A stretch of DNA of 64,000 bases from Octopus vulgaris (GCA_951406725.2 OX597818.1:7130001-7194000); one strand, 5' to 3'. Counted from the stretch's first letter, positions 26,510 through 41,451 are shown. Notes: generated by a model from the letters alone, not told the origin. Numbers and translations are program-made.

Positions 26510-27293
26510 CAGGGTGCGTTGAATAAATTGTTGTCTAAATTACGCCAAAACGAAAATACTACTGACACCTTATTTTAGCTGATACATTTAGCAAAATTAC
26601 ATAAATGCATCTTAAAACACTAAAGAGTAAATTTATTCAATAAACTCGCCATTAGCTTCAACAACGGCCTCCAGATAACTTCGAAAACTCCTGCAAATCT
26701 TTTGGACGGTTTCCTTGTTTAATTTGGTGAATGCGGCCATAATCCTTGCTTTTAGTTCATCTTTGGTGTTACAAGGAGTTTTGTTGGTATCTCACTTAAC
26801 TGCACCCCACACATAATAATCAAGGGGTTTGCAGAGTGGAGAGTTAGGTGGCCAGATTGTAGGGGGGGACTGTCGACTCCTGCATATGTTGCATGGTGCA
26901 GAGTCTTGATGCCAGGCATAAGATTTTCCAGCAGCCTCCCTCTTGATCCAGGCAACACTACCTCCTCCAGGCACTTGATGTAGGCCTCCGTGTTGTGTCT
27001 GAGGCCCTATTGAATGGTGAACGGAGGCATAACTTCGCTTTCACTAGCGATCGCTCCAAACACTATGATGGTGACTGAATTTTTATCACTCTCAGTACAT
27101 CCAAACACTCTGAAATATTCATACTGGAGATTTCGGCGCGAATACCAAGCGGTACAAGTCGTTTTCAAATTTGTGGCAGTGTGAATTACATCATGGTGCT
27201 GCTTTTCTCACATACGGTGCCCAACTGACCATATTATACTGTTTAGCCGACAAATGTAAAACAATGGGCGAAATTAAAACCATTTCAGCTCAA
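26510..27293 (-). mobile_element. maT (DD37D)-type Tc1/mariner transposon, internally deleted
   Basis: TA|CAGGGTGCG terminus; YAWHQDSAPC...WPPNSPLCKPLDYYVWGAV; paralogous to 62929-64000. The other end is replaced by a PLE fragment. Confidence 0.88.
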
Positions 27294-28233
27294 CCGGTCA
27301 CTCTTTGCAGCACCTGTCTGTGTTCGGATTGTCCTTGCACAGAGACCATCCGGACTCCCGTCTTCGCCGTGAAAAGGGATTAATCTTCTCTCTTCACTCC
27401 TTGGCGCCACATGGGATCAACTCTTCGCTCCTCTTCATCTAACCCTCCTCCCATCTCCTCTCTTCCTCTCATACCTACTTCTTCCCACCCACCTCTCCTT
27501 TCTTCTCTTGCTCCGACTCCTACATTTTCTCTTCTTCTCTCTTCTACTCGCCTTCTCTCTTCTCTCCACTCCTACCCGCCTCCTCCCTTCCCCCTCTCCC
27601 TTCATTGTCACCTCTCCCTCGTAATCCCAACCCTACACAATTCAACCCCATCTTCCTTAGCCATCCCATCCCATCTTTACCCATTCCTTACTCCCACATA
27701 CCCCACCTCTACCCCCACCCTCAACCTAAACCACACTCCAACTTGTTTTCCCCACTCTCGCCTACCCCACATCCCAACATGACTGCACCACACCACATAC
27801 CACGATACCATACACGACCATTCTACACAACACTATATGACAGCACACCACCACACACGCACTAGTACTGACCACTTCCCAGCACCCACACTACCATCCA
27901 CACACCTACACATGCACACACGCACACGTCAAGGTCACCAGCCCTCTTCCACACGCACACGCGCCTTCGTTTTGGGATCATCACTACTTTATTATCTCCC
28001 CTTTTCCCTAGCCTTCCTGTGTGAACCCTCTGTCCGGCATTCGCCATGATATATCACTAGCCACTACACATTCTTTATTTTCTCTCCCTGTTTCTTTCTG
28101 TGTTCCTTTCTGTGGAAGAGCGTAGGCTCGAAACGTAAAACAGTTTTCCACTTCTCGAGTGTTAAACTAATACATCTATTTTTTGTCTACACCACTTGTT
28201 TTCGTCTATGTTTTTTTTTGTGAATTATCCCCT
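27294..28233 (+). mobile_element. PLE family P1, 5'-truncated (end of GIY-YIG + 3' UTR + terminal repeat)
   Basis: Reverse-complement match to 7786-8980; hammerhead-like CTGTGGAA GAGC GTAG GCTC GAAACGTA at 28110-28137. Confidence 0.92.
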
Positions 28234-28304
28234 ACATATACATACATACATACATGCATGCATGTATGTATGTATATATTTATATATGTATGAATGCATG
28301 TATT

Positions 28305-29297
28305 TCATTATTCAGTTTTATTTCAAGATTTCTTGGCAATATAGAAAGAGCTGGTTTCTATTAAGATCCTAAACTCCTCCATTGGAATTTCAACGAAATC
28401 AGCAGGATATTTTTGTATATATGTATGTATGTATGTATGTATATATGTATGTATGTTTGTATGTATGTATGTATGTATGTATGTATGTATGTATGTATGT
28501 ATGTATGTATGTATGTATACGAGCAATTTCTATGTTTTATTTTACGTATGTCTTGTCATGCACACACTTGCATGTCTAGACATGTTTGAATATGCATAAA
28601 TAATGAATTCTGGAAAGTTTTACTGATTTTTACAGTTCCAGTAATGGCTTGGAAATGTAATCTTCAAATTAGCTTTCTCGTTTCTGGTTTTGAGAAGCCT
28701 AATGTGCCAAGATTGGTATTTCCCAGCACTCCAATAATTACAAGTATAAACCTGAACTTGTAAACTGGAGAGAGTAACTGCAGATTTCTCAATAGTTCAG
28801 CGTAGGTTTTCTCCTTTTCACTGATCTTCAGCTATGTTAACGTCCGCTGAGCAGCTGATTTTCACAATTGTACACAATTTTTCCTCTCTATCCCAAATCC
28901 TTATATCATGTCTATTGTGTTTACATTTTATTAAGGTTTTCACTGGAACAGTCCGCCAGTACTCCTTTTTATTACGGATAGTAATGGCTTCTACCATACT
29001 GTGGGTTCTTATTTCTTTGTCCTTGGGGTTATCCTTCCGACGGATTTCATTATGTAGTGTCCTAGCTACATCATCTTGTCTCATCGATAGTTAAACCGTG
29101 AGGATATTTTCGGACAACCGCTTATGATGTGGATATCTTCAGATTTAACTCCACAATATCTGCATGGGTTGTCAAATTTTACTGCATTTTCTGCACCCCA
29201 GTCCCTTTTGTGCATCAGGCATTTGGTTAATATTTCCTGTTCCTGGATTGCAAACGCATTCCCTTCAAAGTGAGATAGTAATCCGGTTTTTTGTCCT
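28305..29297 (-). mobile_element. R4/Dong-like non-LTR retrotransposon 3' part (CCHC knuckle + restriction-like endonuclease)
   Basis: EGNAFAIQEQEI.TK, CRYCGVKSEDIHIISGC, RQDDVAR (RHD motif), KHNRHDIRIWDREEKLCTIVKISC (RPD..E motif). Flanked by (CATA)n. Confidence 0.88.
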
Positions 29298-29578
29298 ATG
29301 TATGTATGTATGTATGTATGTATGTATGTATGTATGTATGTATGTATGTATGTATGCATTTGTATGTGAATGTGTGTACATACATCAAAGAGCCCAACGC
29401 GATTGGAAATTGAGATGATTGTGATAGTGCTATTGCTTATGTCGATTATAATGAATGGTTGAATAGTTTGTTAGATGTAAGTAAGAGTATGTGTATACGC
29501 GATTGCGTATGTTCATACATGTGTGTTTTTAGTATGAGAACACATGTTGGTCTGAATAATGGAAGCTAACTTTCAAAC

Positions 29579-29650
<72 letters not shown>

Positions 29651-32179
29651 GGGATCCTGAATGTTGAAAAGTGGATCGTAAAGTAAGTGTAGATATATTG
29701 CTGGTGTTCATGGTATGTCCATGTAAAACCTTCGATTCTACCCGTGGGATTCAAGGTTGTGAACTTCGTGCAGATGGCGTAGCAGGAAATTTAGCTACTC
29801 AAGATATATATTTTTATCTATTGTCTTCATAATCGGGTACATTATGACATTATGATATTAGCGAACTGAGCAGAAAACGGAAAGTTATCGTTATAGTATC
29901 TAATCCGCCAATACCATATCACACTTAAATGCAAAGTTGACTTTCTATAGGAACATAAGATCTTTAACACCGTTGTATGAACCGATCAACACAAAGTTCA
30001 AATCCACCACTCAGTACAATCACACTGATCTAAGGATTTGAAAGCTTATAAAAACTTTAAATATAAATTACTAAAACAAAACATGTCCAGTATGGGTGCA
30101 GATATGACTATGACGTTATAAAGTTTGCTTCACAACAATGTAGTTCTGGTCAGAGCCCACTTCTCAGCAACTCATTTACACTTTACCAATACGTTTTGAG
30201 CGAATGCTTTTTGTGCATAATCCTGTCATCAAATGAAGTAAACACTTCCTAACCCATAGAAACTTGTAATCACAAAGACTCTATTGTTCTGAATTTTGAT
30301 TATAAATTATAAAATATCATAATATATATTGATTTCACATATTTCTTGCTATTTCCATTACAGTTTTCATGAAGTGAATTAAATTATTCAAAATAAAGTA
30401 CTAAATTATCAGAATATCTTATAAAATATTCGTTTACGGAATAAATAACACCAATTCTATAAATTTTGTTTTAAAAATAAATATAACGTTTTAAAGGTTG
30501 TCATCCTCTCTTCAGATTTTAAAAATTTATTAATGAATAAATTACAGAGAACGTACGTTGCAAAAGCCAAATGACATCTCATAAAATATGTAACTAAATC
30601 AATAATCGATACCAACCGTTAAGTAAGTATATTAAATTAGCGTAAGCTAGTTGGAGATACAAATGGCAGCTTTCGCAAAGAAAAACAAAATATCTATCAA
30701 ATACCAACAAATATGGGTTTCAAAGTGGTTACGTAGGAATGGAGTTACTGATGCCTGGAGTTTGATATCTCAATTTACACAGTTTAGATCTTCCTAGCAA
30801 TAAGGCTGTTTGTCGGAAAATACTCCAGATTATCATTGTTTCTGATTATGATTTAAGAAAATAGATTACGTGTATGACTCTACGACTTAATAACATTTCA
30901 TTGTTGCACGATCAAATGAGTGATAAGTATTGCTTGAAAAGATTTTGAAAGCATCATTGTATCTGGGTAGTAGTTTCTATTAAATTTAGATAATATTGAT
31001 TTCTAAAGTATGAGATAAAATATTTTATCTCTTAAATCGTAAAAATACATATAATTCTATATCACATGAAAACCAACCTTAGACTTAGATACGTTTCTGT
31101 CTTTCATTCAGTCTCTTATCTTTAACTATTTTCCGGTTCTCCCCTTAATTTAATATTTGCATCGCAACTAGAAGTTGGTTATCCCTTGGCCAATCCCACA
31201 ACGGTGATAAATTGTTTATATTCTCGTTAAAAATGTCGATTATCTCAAATTACCGCTGTGACACTTCACCACAAATTAATCATCATTTTCTCTTTCTCTC
31301 TATCTTTTTTCCCCTCCCTCTCTCCCTCTTTCTCTCCGCTCTCTCTCTCTCTACCTTTTAAGCCCTTCTCTTCCTTTCTCTCAGTTATCTATCTCTACTT
31401 GTATATATTTCTATATATCAGCCCTTCTCTTATTCTGTGCGTGTGCTTGTCTGTCTCTCTTATTCTCTCTGTTCTAACATTTATAATGTTGTACCTTTCT
31501 TTCGGGGTGTCTATTTCTTTCTAATATTTTTCTGCATTATTTGTTTTCAACAGTTTCTATTCATTTTAGAAATGCGCATTTTACTTCTATGTGAACTAAC
31601 ATTACAGCACCATAGTTTAGTAGATTTTAAACTAACTCCAAAATAGTTTATTTTGAAGTTTACCCAATCAAGAATCAAACGACTTTACTGAAGAAAAGGT
31701 AAGTTGTGTGCACAAATGAAATATATATTCTCCGCCATAGCCAATACCATATTTTTCTATACAAAGGTACAGTGAAACACTCATTTCCATATATACTGAC
31801 ATAAGAAATAGTCGTGTAAAAGAAAACAAATATTTGCTTAGTAATTATGTTATCGGAGTAAGAACGCTGAAAGTTATTGCTGAATCCTAAGAGATACAAA
31901 CTTACAAGTAAGTACTATATTTTATTTCACTCTACTTGTGTACAAGAGATCTCTGAGTAAAAATAGCAATTTTTCTTGTGATGAAATAAATCTACTCCAT
32001 TAATTTAATGTGCAAATTACAAAAGTGCAATAAATTCTTAATTGATTAATTTAACCAAGCTACTTGAAAAGGATTAATTTCATGCTAAAATTAAAGCAAA
32101 TATATGTCATGGGTGAGTGCAGTGGTACTGCGACGCCAGATTCATAACGTTCATTTTTTTCTGTTCAAATACTGCTTTA

Positions 32180-32420
32180 TCATTCACCAGTGCACCACTT
32201 AGGCTGCTTTCGTTTTTCGTTTTCATAGTTCATCTTGTGAATAAATCTTAAGGACCCAGATATACTTCTACGCCGATGACGCCATGCTATTTGCAGCTGT
32301 AGACTAGCGTCTTCATGTGAAATCTCAATCCGTTGTCTAAACAGACATGTCAATAAAAAGAGACGTTGGATTAGTTGAAGGTAACATTTTAGTCATCAAA
32401 TCTTAGATGTATCATGGAAA
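32180..32420 (+). mobile_element. Ancient LINE RT remnant (CR1/L2-like)
   Basis: TTCTACGCCGATGACGCCATGCTATTT translates as FYADDAMLF. The surrounding sequence is heavily decayed. Confidence 0.45.
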
Positions 32421-34317
32421 AAAAATCCACTAACCCTCATTTTCGATTTGGGGAATGAATCCTGTCTATGAAAAATTGAATTCTTGTATTAAAATACAAA
32501 ACAACCTGGTGTCAACTAAAGTTTACTCTTATAGAAGTGTCTTAGTTTGAAAATCATCAAACGCTGCACAAAATCGCAAACAGACCACATATCTAAAGAA
32601 GTATGGTTGTTTACAAGACATACATCTGAAGCTTCATGAACTCTCCTTACTTCCTCCATGTATGATTACTAGTGTAAAACGCTTCCCAGATCGTTGTGGT
32701 TCACCGAGCTGTTGGAGATTCCTACAATAATAAGTACCTACTAAAGAAACAGTACCTACAGATTATCAGAAGTGAAAGTTCTTCGCTATTAAGAACAGGT
32801 TGAACGAATTGGACGTAGATATGTACATTCGGCTTTTAGGTTCTTACTGTATACTAATGTATGCACTCGACTTTCAGTATAGCGAAGAAACATATAGAAA
32901 CTGCTAAGACCCCTCAACTTTTGGTATTTTAATTATGATTGAGGTCTCGTTGCTTTCACATACAAATTTGTGAACACCTCTCTCTAAGAGAATATATTTT
33001 GTCTTACAACACGATGTTAGTGAAATTGTGTGACAAATTTATGCAACTTGAAACATTTCCCCTCTTCACCTTTGTACAATGCATACATTTATGAGTGTGA
33101 GGTTGTACAAATATGATTTCCAATTGTGTTTTGAATGGGTGTTTTACGAAACATTTCAGTACAATATAGGGCTTACGCGATTTTATTTCAGCGTTGAGAA
33201 TACTTCGCAAAAGTTTGCATCGTTTGAAAGAACTTCTTTGTAACGCTATTCTCTGTATATTTCTACTGTTTGTAGCAGATAAAAAGAAAACTAACTTTAA
33301 AAGAGAAAAAGAAATAAGGTTATGATAATAATAACTAAGTTAGTGCACAATCGAGATGATAGACAGTTTACAACTGGACAAGTGCAGCTACTCAGCACTT
33401 CGGTTATTCATCTGTTTGGATATTTTTTTCTAAAAGAAACAAAGCAAAACAAAAAAAAAAAAAAAAACATGGCATAAACGTGGTAGTATTTCCTAATTCT
33501 GATATGAAATTAATACATCTACTTCGTATGTTAAAAGAAAAAAAAATGTCATATCTCATCTCAGTTAATAAGATATCTGCCATTTGTCTGAAATTTGTAG
33601 GTTAGTGTTTTGTTGCTCAGTAACATTGAGAATTGCAATGTTTCGCCATTCTATTATAATCTAAAGTGCTGGCATCTTCGCAAACACACCTATACACCTC
33701 ACAGATACGCGCGCGTGCACACACACAAATACACACACTTTCGTATGAATACAGCACGCGAATATAATATACGCCCCAAACATGCATATATATATAACTG
33801 ACTCTGTGTGTGTGTGTGTGTTGCAAGCCTGCATTTACTTTCATCTCTATTATCTCGGCTATATTAAAATAGAATACATCAATAAAGCTATTTAACAAAG
33901 TTGATCATTTGGGATCATTAATAAATTTCACCATGCCTTGTTCCAAACACATTTGGCTCCAGTTTAGCCAAATGACGTTCTGTGCATAATTCAGAGCGAA
34001 CATAAAAACACTTTAGAGACATTATAGTATGTTTTGTATTAAAACTATATTCCCACATTCTATTGAATAACAAAGTTAATCCAAATTGTAGTTTAGGGCG
34101 TAGAAGTTACCAGCAAATTTTCCTTTAAATATCCAGGGGATAATATCTGCATAATATTTTGGTGCATGACCATTTCTGATAGTAATTACTATAAAACTTT
34201 TCATAAGAGATCTGGTATTTCCGTGCTGCCTTTATATTCCGCTTTCTTACACCAAGAAAAATAGTTAAGATGTGGGAAGGAAATGTTGTACGAATCTCTT
34301 TCAGTTTTAAATTTTCT

Positions 34318-34637
34318 TTGATGAGCCGCAGGTTTTATGTCGGAGTTATCCCAGTTACCTGAGTTAATTTCTCCTAGAAGGATACCCTAACAAAGGCTAG
34401 GAGTCCTTCATTCCCAATGGTTTAACCGGTCGATCGGGTATTCAGTCCAATTATTTCTATGTCCCCGCGCATTTATTGGATGGCCATTGACTCTCAAGAG
34501 TTCCTCCGCCCTTTGACGGGTTTTGTTTTTCATCCCGCAGGGTGTCCAATAAACACACTCCTCACCGACGACCCGACCATGCAACAGGTTATACTGGGTT
34601 ACATGTTACCAGTAGCACTCGAAAGTGACCTGACAGT
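34318..34637 (-). mobile_element. Probable 5' UTR of an RTE-clade LINE
   Basis: Minus strand GGACTCCTAGCCTTTGTTAGGGTATCCTTCTAGGAGAA...AACTC...AAAACC resembles the CTAGGAGAAGG..AACTC block of RTE 5' UTRs; it is a GC-richer island. Confidence 0.5.
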
Positions 34638-34699
34638 AACATACATACATACATACATGCATGCATACATACATACGTACATACATATATACACATATA

Positions 34700-35295
34700 A
34701 TTATTTGCAAGAGATTCGAAGTCCGTTTAACGCAGTTTCAATGCAAAAAGGCTCACTCTCTGTAAAAGATAGCTCTACAAAATATCAGGTTGAGAGTTAC
34801 TGGAGATCTGTAGAAGAAAAAAAGAAAGAAATTCAACAAACAAGCTGTATGGTTGAAAGAACCGAAACAAGATTACTCTCTGTCTGTCGTGCAAAAGCAA
34901 TATGAAATAGACGGCGAAATACAGAAAATGTCTAGATAAAAATTTCGAGGCCAAACCTCATAACAGGAGAATTTCACCTTCTATTTGAGAGAACTCATAC
35001 GGCACCATGGCGAAATTATGAAGGGCAAAGAAAGGCACACAAACGGTTATCCGCTGCAATGACTCTCCTCATGCCCCTAAAAAGCCAAACCACACTTGCT
35101 AAAATGTATTGTACAATAGCCTGCCAGCACATCATGTACAAATTATACGCTGAGCACCTCAATTTGTTCTTGCAGGATCATTGTGCCAACAAAAACATTA
35201 TAACACCTCAGCAAGCTTGGAGGAAAGAAGGTGTGGGGTTGTATACAACAGTTACTAATTAACAAAATAATTCAGGGAAAAACAGTACAAAATCG
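34700..35295 (+). mobile_element. R4/Dong-like RT fragment
   Basis: QVESYWRSV..., IACQHIMYKLYAEHLNLFLQDHCANKNIITPQQA, then GVWGCIQQLLINKII after a frameshift. Preceded by (CATA)n. Confidence 0.8.
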
Positions 35296-35639
35296 CAGGA
35301 TATTTATTTTCAAAACCTAGAATCATTAAAATATTTAATAAAAACTCCATGAGACAAACTTTCGAGGATTCCTAAGCTTTATTTCTTTTTGCGTGTCTTT
35401 AAGCCAAAAATGTTGGTAGGAGGACGTGAAGTAATTTTCTTTGCTTTTCTTTTTCTTTTTGGAAAGTTTAGGAATCTGATACTGGATCATTAACCAATAA
35501 TTTTCCAAGTATTATAATTACAACGACTACCAGAAGCCAAATTTTTTTACCAAGGATATGCACAAGTAACTTAATGCATGAGTCTTTGAATGAACAACAT
35601 GTTGCCTAACAAAAGGCGTAATTCGAAATATAGTGTTGC

Positions 35640-36060
35640 TGTTGGTGAAGACAGCATCTGTTCTTATTATATGCTACAAAATGTCCAAGCTAGACCACAT
35701 ATTGTATTCTCGTTCTATTCTGTCTTCCCGACCTTGAGATAAATTAGATTTCTGAAATTTTTCGCAAACAATGGTTCTTCTATAGAATGAAAAACTGGGA
35801 CATACACAGGCATGAAAGCTACCTGACGCTACAACTCGGACAGAGCTTAATGATGCGTTCACTTATGTTGGATAGCAACTCATCTATCGTATCATAGCAT
35901 TTTCTGATCACAAAACCTACGCCATCATCTCCCTTCATATGTGCTGCTCAGTCAACTCAGGAATACTATAGCCACAGCACATTTAATTTTGCTAACTTTC
36001 CTCTAAGAGTCGGGTCTCAGAAAGGGCAGCAATTTTGATCTCTTAACAGTCGACTTCCTA
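35640..36060 (-). mobile_element. RTE-type APE endonuclease remnant
   Basis: Minus strand IKIAALSETRLLE ... DGVGFVIRK ... ISERIIKL. Confidence 0.7.
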
Positions 36061-39000
36061 TGCAAAAAGGGAAGAATAGTGCTCCAGCCTCATGGATTTC
36101 TCTATCATTCGACAGGGCCCACAAAAAACTTCCAGCACCACATCAGAAAATTTTCCTTTATTTTTTTATTTACAAATTAACGTTTGTTGCTCCTTGTTTT
36201 AGACACCTTTTCTTCTTCTTTCTCAGAAAATGGATAAGCATGCTTCCCTTAAATTCATTGCTCAGCTACAGGCGATACAATCCTATTCTGCTAACTCCAA
36301 AAATAATTCCCTTGCTACTTAATGCTTCCAACTCCTTAATTCTACATATTTTGCCACGAACCCATATCTAGTGCGTCTTTTTCCTCAGAAAATTCAAATT
36401 CGATTTGACGAGTACTAATATGAAAAGCAACTGAACAGCGATGGCTGTAAGTGCATCATGTTGTAGAGGCTATAGTGATACAAATACCACTCTTCTAAAA
36501 ATAATCTGAGATTTCTAAAAATCTTCTGCATTTTTTCTGAGACTACCAAAGATTGGAATCAATGGTATACTCATGAAATATATATATGAAGTTTATTTTA
36601 TTTTCCACCACCTAATCTTCTCCAAACAGCAAGGTAAACCACAAGACAGTGGAAGCTTAAATTTTCAAAATCTAAATTTCTGATGAATTTTCTAGTCTTA
36701 GAAACCTTTCTTCGGCAACTCAAGTTCTTCAAAGATTCCTCGCTTTGTTGCTTAATAGTCGTTCAGGATATTTTTCTTTCCCCATCCACACTCGGCTATT
36801 TATTTCGCGAGACACTTTAGACTCTGATGATTCAACCGTTATGCAATTGGATTAAACATAAAGAAGCACTTTCATGACTTCACACACACACACACACGCG
36901 CGAATATATATTTACATATTTATACATGCAGACATACATGTTTATATATATAAATATATATATAACCAACTGTATGTGTGGATGGATGTGTGTATGAATG
37001 AGGAATCTGTATAATCATTACACTATATACTCAATAAAATATTAGTAGTAGTTGTTTTATTGATTAGGATAGCTAAAATATTTAAACAGGTTAAAATGAT
37101 CTCTCATTACCCTGCAAATAGGTAGTGAGGAAAAAGGAGAGGATTGCGAATAAGAACACTTCCCTAACGTTGTATTGAAGAAAGAAAATGCCAAAAAATA
37201 TTGAGCAACGTATTATATCAGGAAGCTCAAATCTAGTGAGACTTGCATATACATAACAAATACAAAATAGAATGTATTTCCAAATTTACAGAAGATTAAT
37301 GTGATGTAAAGATTCCCATGCATGCATTCTGCTAAATCATGCAGAATTCTCATTAAAGAAGCACAGCATTATAACACAAGGAAAAGGAAGTCAGAGATAT
37401 TGATGAAAATTCTTAGTCAGAAACGAAAATTGGATATTAAATTATTTGAATGAACATACGACTCTACTAAAATACCTCGAAAGATAGTGTTACGAGCGCT
37501 TTTAAATTTGGGATTGCATTGATATGTATTATGTATGTATATATGTGTGTGTGTGTATATATATGTATATATGTATGCATGCATATATATATGTGTGTGT
37601 GTATGTATGCATGTTTGTATTTGTTTCTATATGTGTATGCACCCACACATACATATATGCACCCACATATACAAATATACATTCATATATACACAACTAC
37701 ATGCTTGCACACAAATGTGTGCGAACATTTGCTTTTGAATGCTTGTCTGTTTTAAATTATAACTCGATGTCAATTCTTGAAATGCTTACTGATTCGGAAA
37801 ATTGTGTATAATACTAATAGTTCATGCTGATTAGTAGTAGGCAGAGAAATAAATACGAAAGCTGCTATTTTTCTATATATTTCTATATATCTTAGATTGA
37901 ATGTATTCAGCAGCTGTTTTGGAGACATTCAGAAAATGTTATAAAATTTTGTTTAAGTTAGATGACCATGAAATGAACTAAACTGGCTCTGGATTTTTAG
38001 AAAAATAAATTACAATGAGATAGCAACAGAAATATAAAAATAAGGAACAGAAAGGAGGCCGTCATATAATGAACCAACAAATCTAAATTATAAACTGGAA
38101 ATGTTTATTATCTAAGGAGTATAATGAAAACAATTACGAGACAGACGTACAGTTATGACTGTGATTCTATATGTCCATAAACACGACAGAAAGGCTTTAA
38201 TACTAAACTAAGCACAATATAAAATACATTCCAGTTTTTTTATGTTAAGATTTCAGCTAATACAATATTACCAATGATAAAGTAAACTGTATTTGACCGT
38301 AAGTATGCATGAAAGATGATTTAATTCCGATGCCGGAGATGAGAGAAATGGAAACTCAAACATTCACCTATTTTTGTTGCGATTCACAATAACGGGATAC
38401 GAAAGGTATTCTGCAGAGTGAAGGTAAGCTTGGTGGCTATCAACTCGCAGACGAGTTTGCACAACACTAACAAATTATCTGATCCTGGGTGTTAAAGACA
38501 ATGATTGTAAGCAATGCCCGTGCTGAAATTTAAAACTCAATAACGCCTTGCACATCACCGCCGAGACTTTCACTCACAAAGCAAAGTTATCCAGAAGCAG
38601 TCAAATGCATGGCTTCCGATTTGACAATGAGGCGGGTGTTATTCTAAAACCTCCTTCCCCTAAGCGGATGTCGTCAGAGAGACTAAGGATAGGAAACTCT
38701 CACTCCCAACTCGCATTTTTTGGATGGCTGCTAAATTTATATACATTCATCTCTCTCTCTCTCTCTGACTCTCTCTTGCACACACGCGCGCGCGCGCAAA
38801 CACATACAAAGAAAACTGTGTGTAGTTTAACACCCATAATGATGGCATGCGTGCATCCATCCCTCCCCCCATCCACACACACATATACATACTCATACAT
38901 ACATACACACATGTTGAAATTCCAGCGAAGATTTTTATCTTGATTAGATAGTGGCTCTTTTTCTGTTGGCAGTAAATCCTCAAATGAAACATAATTAGAA

Positions 39001-39321
39001 CTTACCTACATATATTAACTGGAATATATTCGGTGCTGAATTTTATTGTGAATAAACACGTGTACCGAGATGCAATTCGAAAAGCCCGCCTTTTACATAG
39101 ATATATAAACGTGAACAATTCTATGTACTATGTTGTATACATTTTGGTGTTCGTCTGGTATGTCGATTTTTTCGTTCATGTTGATGTGTCTTGATTATGC
39201 ATGCACTGACGATTAAAAAGACCATTTTGGGCACTAGTTATGAAATCATATGATCTGCAGCTAAATCTGATTAACAAGGCTCGCTTCACGAGTTGCATTC
39301 CTTCGCGTTCGGTACAATGTG

Positions 39322-39355
<34 letters not shown>

Positions 39356-39413
39356 TATATATACACATACCACAAACACACACATACACATATATATATG
39401 TATTTATGCATTT

Positions 39414-39455
<42 letters not shown>

Positions 39456-39485
39456 CATATGTACATATATACATACATATACACA

Positions 39486-40030
39486 CGAGGTGGAATCAAA
39501 GCACTCCCGGACTAGTTATGTTTAATCAAACATAAGTTATTTACCTAAATTTTTGCATCATCTCCTTCGAAATAGTAATTTTGCGCAGCTATACATCGCT
39601 ACTACCATTCCTTTTGGAATCCGACCTAGAAGGTGTTTTGCCTAAAGAAGTCGAGAACCTTTTATAATTCGCTCTTGATCTCGACAATGATGTAAAATGG
39701 CGACCATTACCCTGCATTTTCATTTCAGGGTAGAGATGGAAGTCTGCAAGTGCTAAATTTAGCGAATAGGGCGGGTGCAGAAGCGATACTATGTTGTTTT
39801 TTGGCGTGAGAAGAGAGCTCGGTGACAGTGTGCTTTGTCATTTTGAAGAATCCAATTTTCCCTGCTCTAGAGATCCGGTCTTTTCTCAAACGTTTTAAAC
39901 GTCACAGTAGAACTCTCGATTGACAGTCTGGCTCTGGGGTACGAATTTTCGACTCACAATGCAGCAGATGTAGTAAAAGACGATGAACATTTCTCTTCAC
40001 TGAGCTGTTTTACAAGTTTAAAATCTGTTG
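39486..40030 (-). mobile_element. mariner transposase 3' fragment with terminus
   Basis: Minus strand HPPYSLNLALADFHLYPEMK ... NYYFEG; CGAGG terminus. Confidence 0.8.
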
Positions 40031-40894
40031 TACCACCATCAAAATGTCCATTCTTCCAGCGTAGAAGTTTAACATCTGTTTTACTTCAATAGAGAAACCT
40101 ACTCCTAGCTCTCGACAAATTTTCTGGCCCTCTATCTCACATAACTTACTTCTTGTGGAACTAAAATGTGCTAAATAGATCATCAGTTTATTTGCAGATG
40201 AAGGGAGGTTAGTGGTTATTTTCAGACAACTAATATTGACAATTATTCCGTGCTGCTTGTTGCTATTACAATATATATTTAGAGTATTTTAGCAATCAAT
40301 ATTCCAGTACAATAAAATATGTGGCAACTTGATCCAAAGTATTATATAAATATACATAGGGTAGAATCAAATAAAAATATCAAGGCACAACCTAAAAAAA
40401 CATTATTTAATGGATGATTTCATTTATGAATTACGTTAGTATCACTTTAGAAATTCTAAAAAAAAAAAGATGATTTCCTTTCGTCATTTTCTATCAGAAT
40501 ACCATTGCATATTTTAGCAAATGAATTCATTCTCCATATTACTATCCGGGATAATGCTCCCAACTGTCTTTATTTTTATTACACTTTGCCTATATGATTC
40601 TCTTTTTTCCTTATTATTCTCCATCTCCCTTTCTCCCTCTTTGCTGATATTTTACAGTCTCCCCATCAATATGTTCATCCTTCTAGCGTACATTCAGCTT
40701 TATAAACGCTGCTTTTACAATCGAAGATTGAACATCCCATTAAGGTACAAAAATGTACCCACACATAGAGGTGCACGTATTTGTAGGCAGGACTATCTCT
40801 CTCGCTCTCTCTATCTGTGTGTCTGTCTGTCTGTGTGTCTGTATGTGTGTCTGTCTGTGTGTCTGTCTGTCTAACTGTCTGTCTATCTGCCTGT

Positions 40895-40976
<82 letters not shown>

Positions 40977-41393
40977 GTCCGTCTGTCTGTTTATTTCTTT
41001 GCCTGCCTGTCTTTCCATATCTATTTCTTTATATGTCAATTTATGAATTTTATATCAGTGTCTCTCTCTATCTCCTTTCCACTCAATTAACACCTAGTGT
41101 ATATTCTATCTCTCACATACGCGCAATATCATTACCGAAAGCAGTTTTGACATTCTCCTTAATAGATGACATCATTATATTTTCTAACCGATAACTAACT
41201 TGCTCTATGCATTCACATCTCTTTATTCTGATTCAGACAGGAATGACATTGTATCGCTGCTTACTATCGTTTTTCTCAATTTCTCTCTCTTAATCTTTTC
41301 TTTCTTATTTTCCATCTTTCTTTCCATCTCTAATTTTGTCTATATATCTCTTTCTTACTCTCACTCTCTCTCAAATCTTCCTCTCTCTTATTA

Positions 41394-41451
<58 letters not shown>

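Noticed and set aside
31554-31698. Possible exon (TTGTTTTCAACAG ... AAG|GTAAGT)
   Set aside because: Good splice signals, but stops in all three frames. It could be a UTR or lncRNA exon, which cannot be supported without RNA data.
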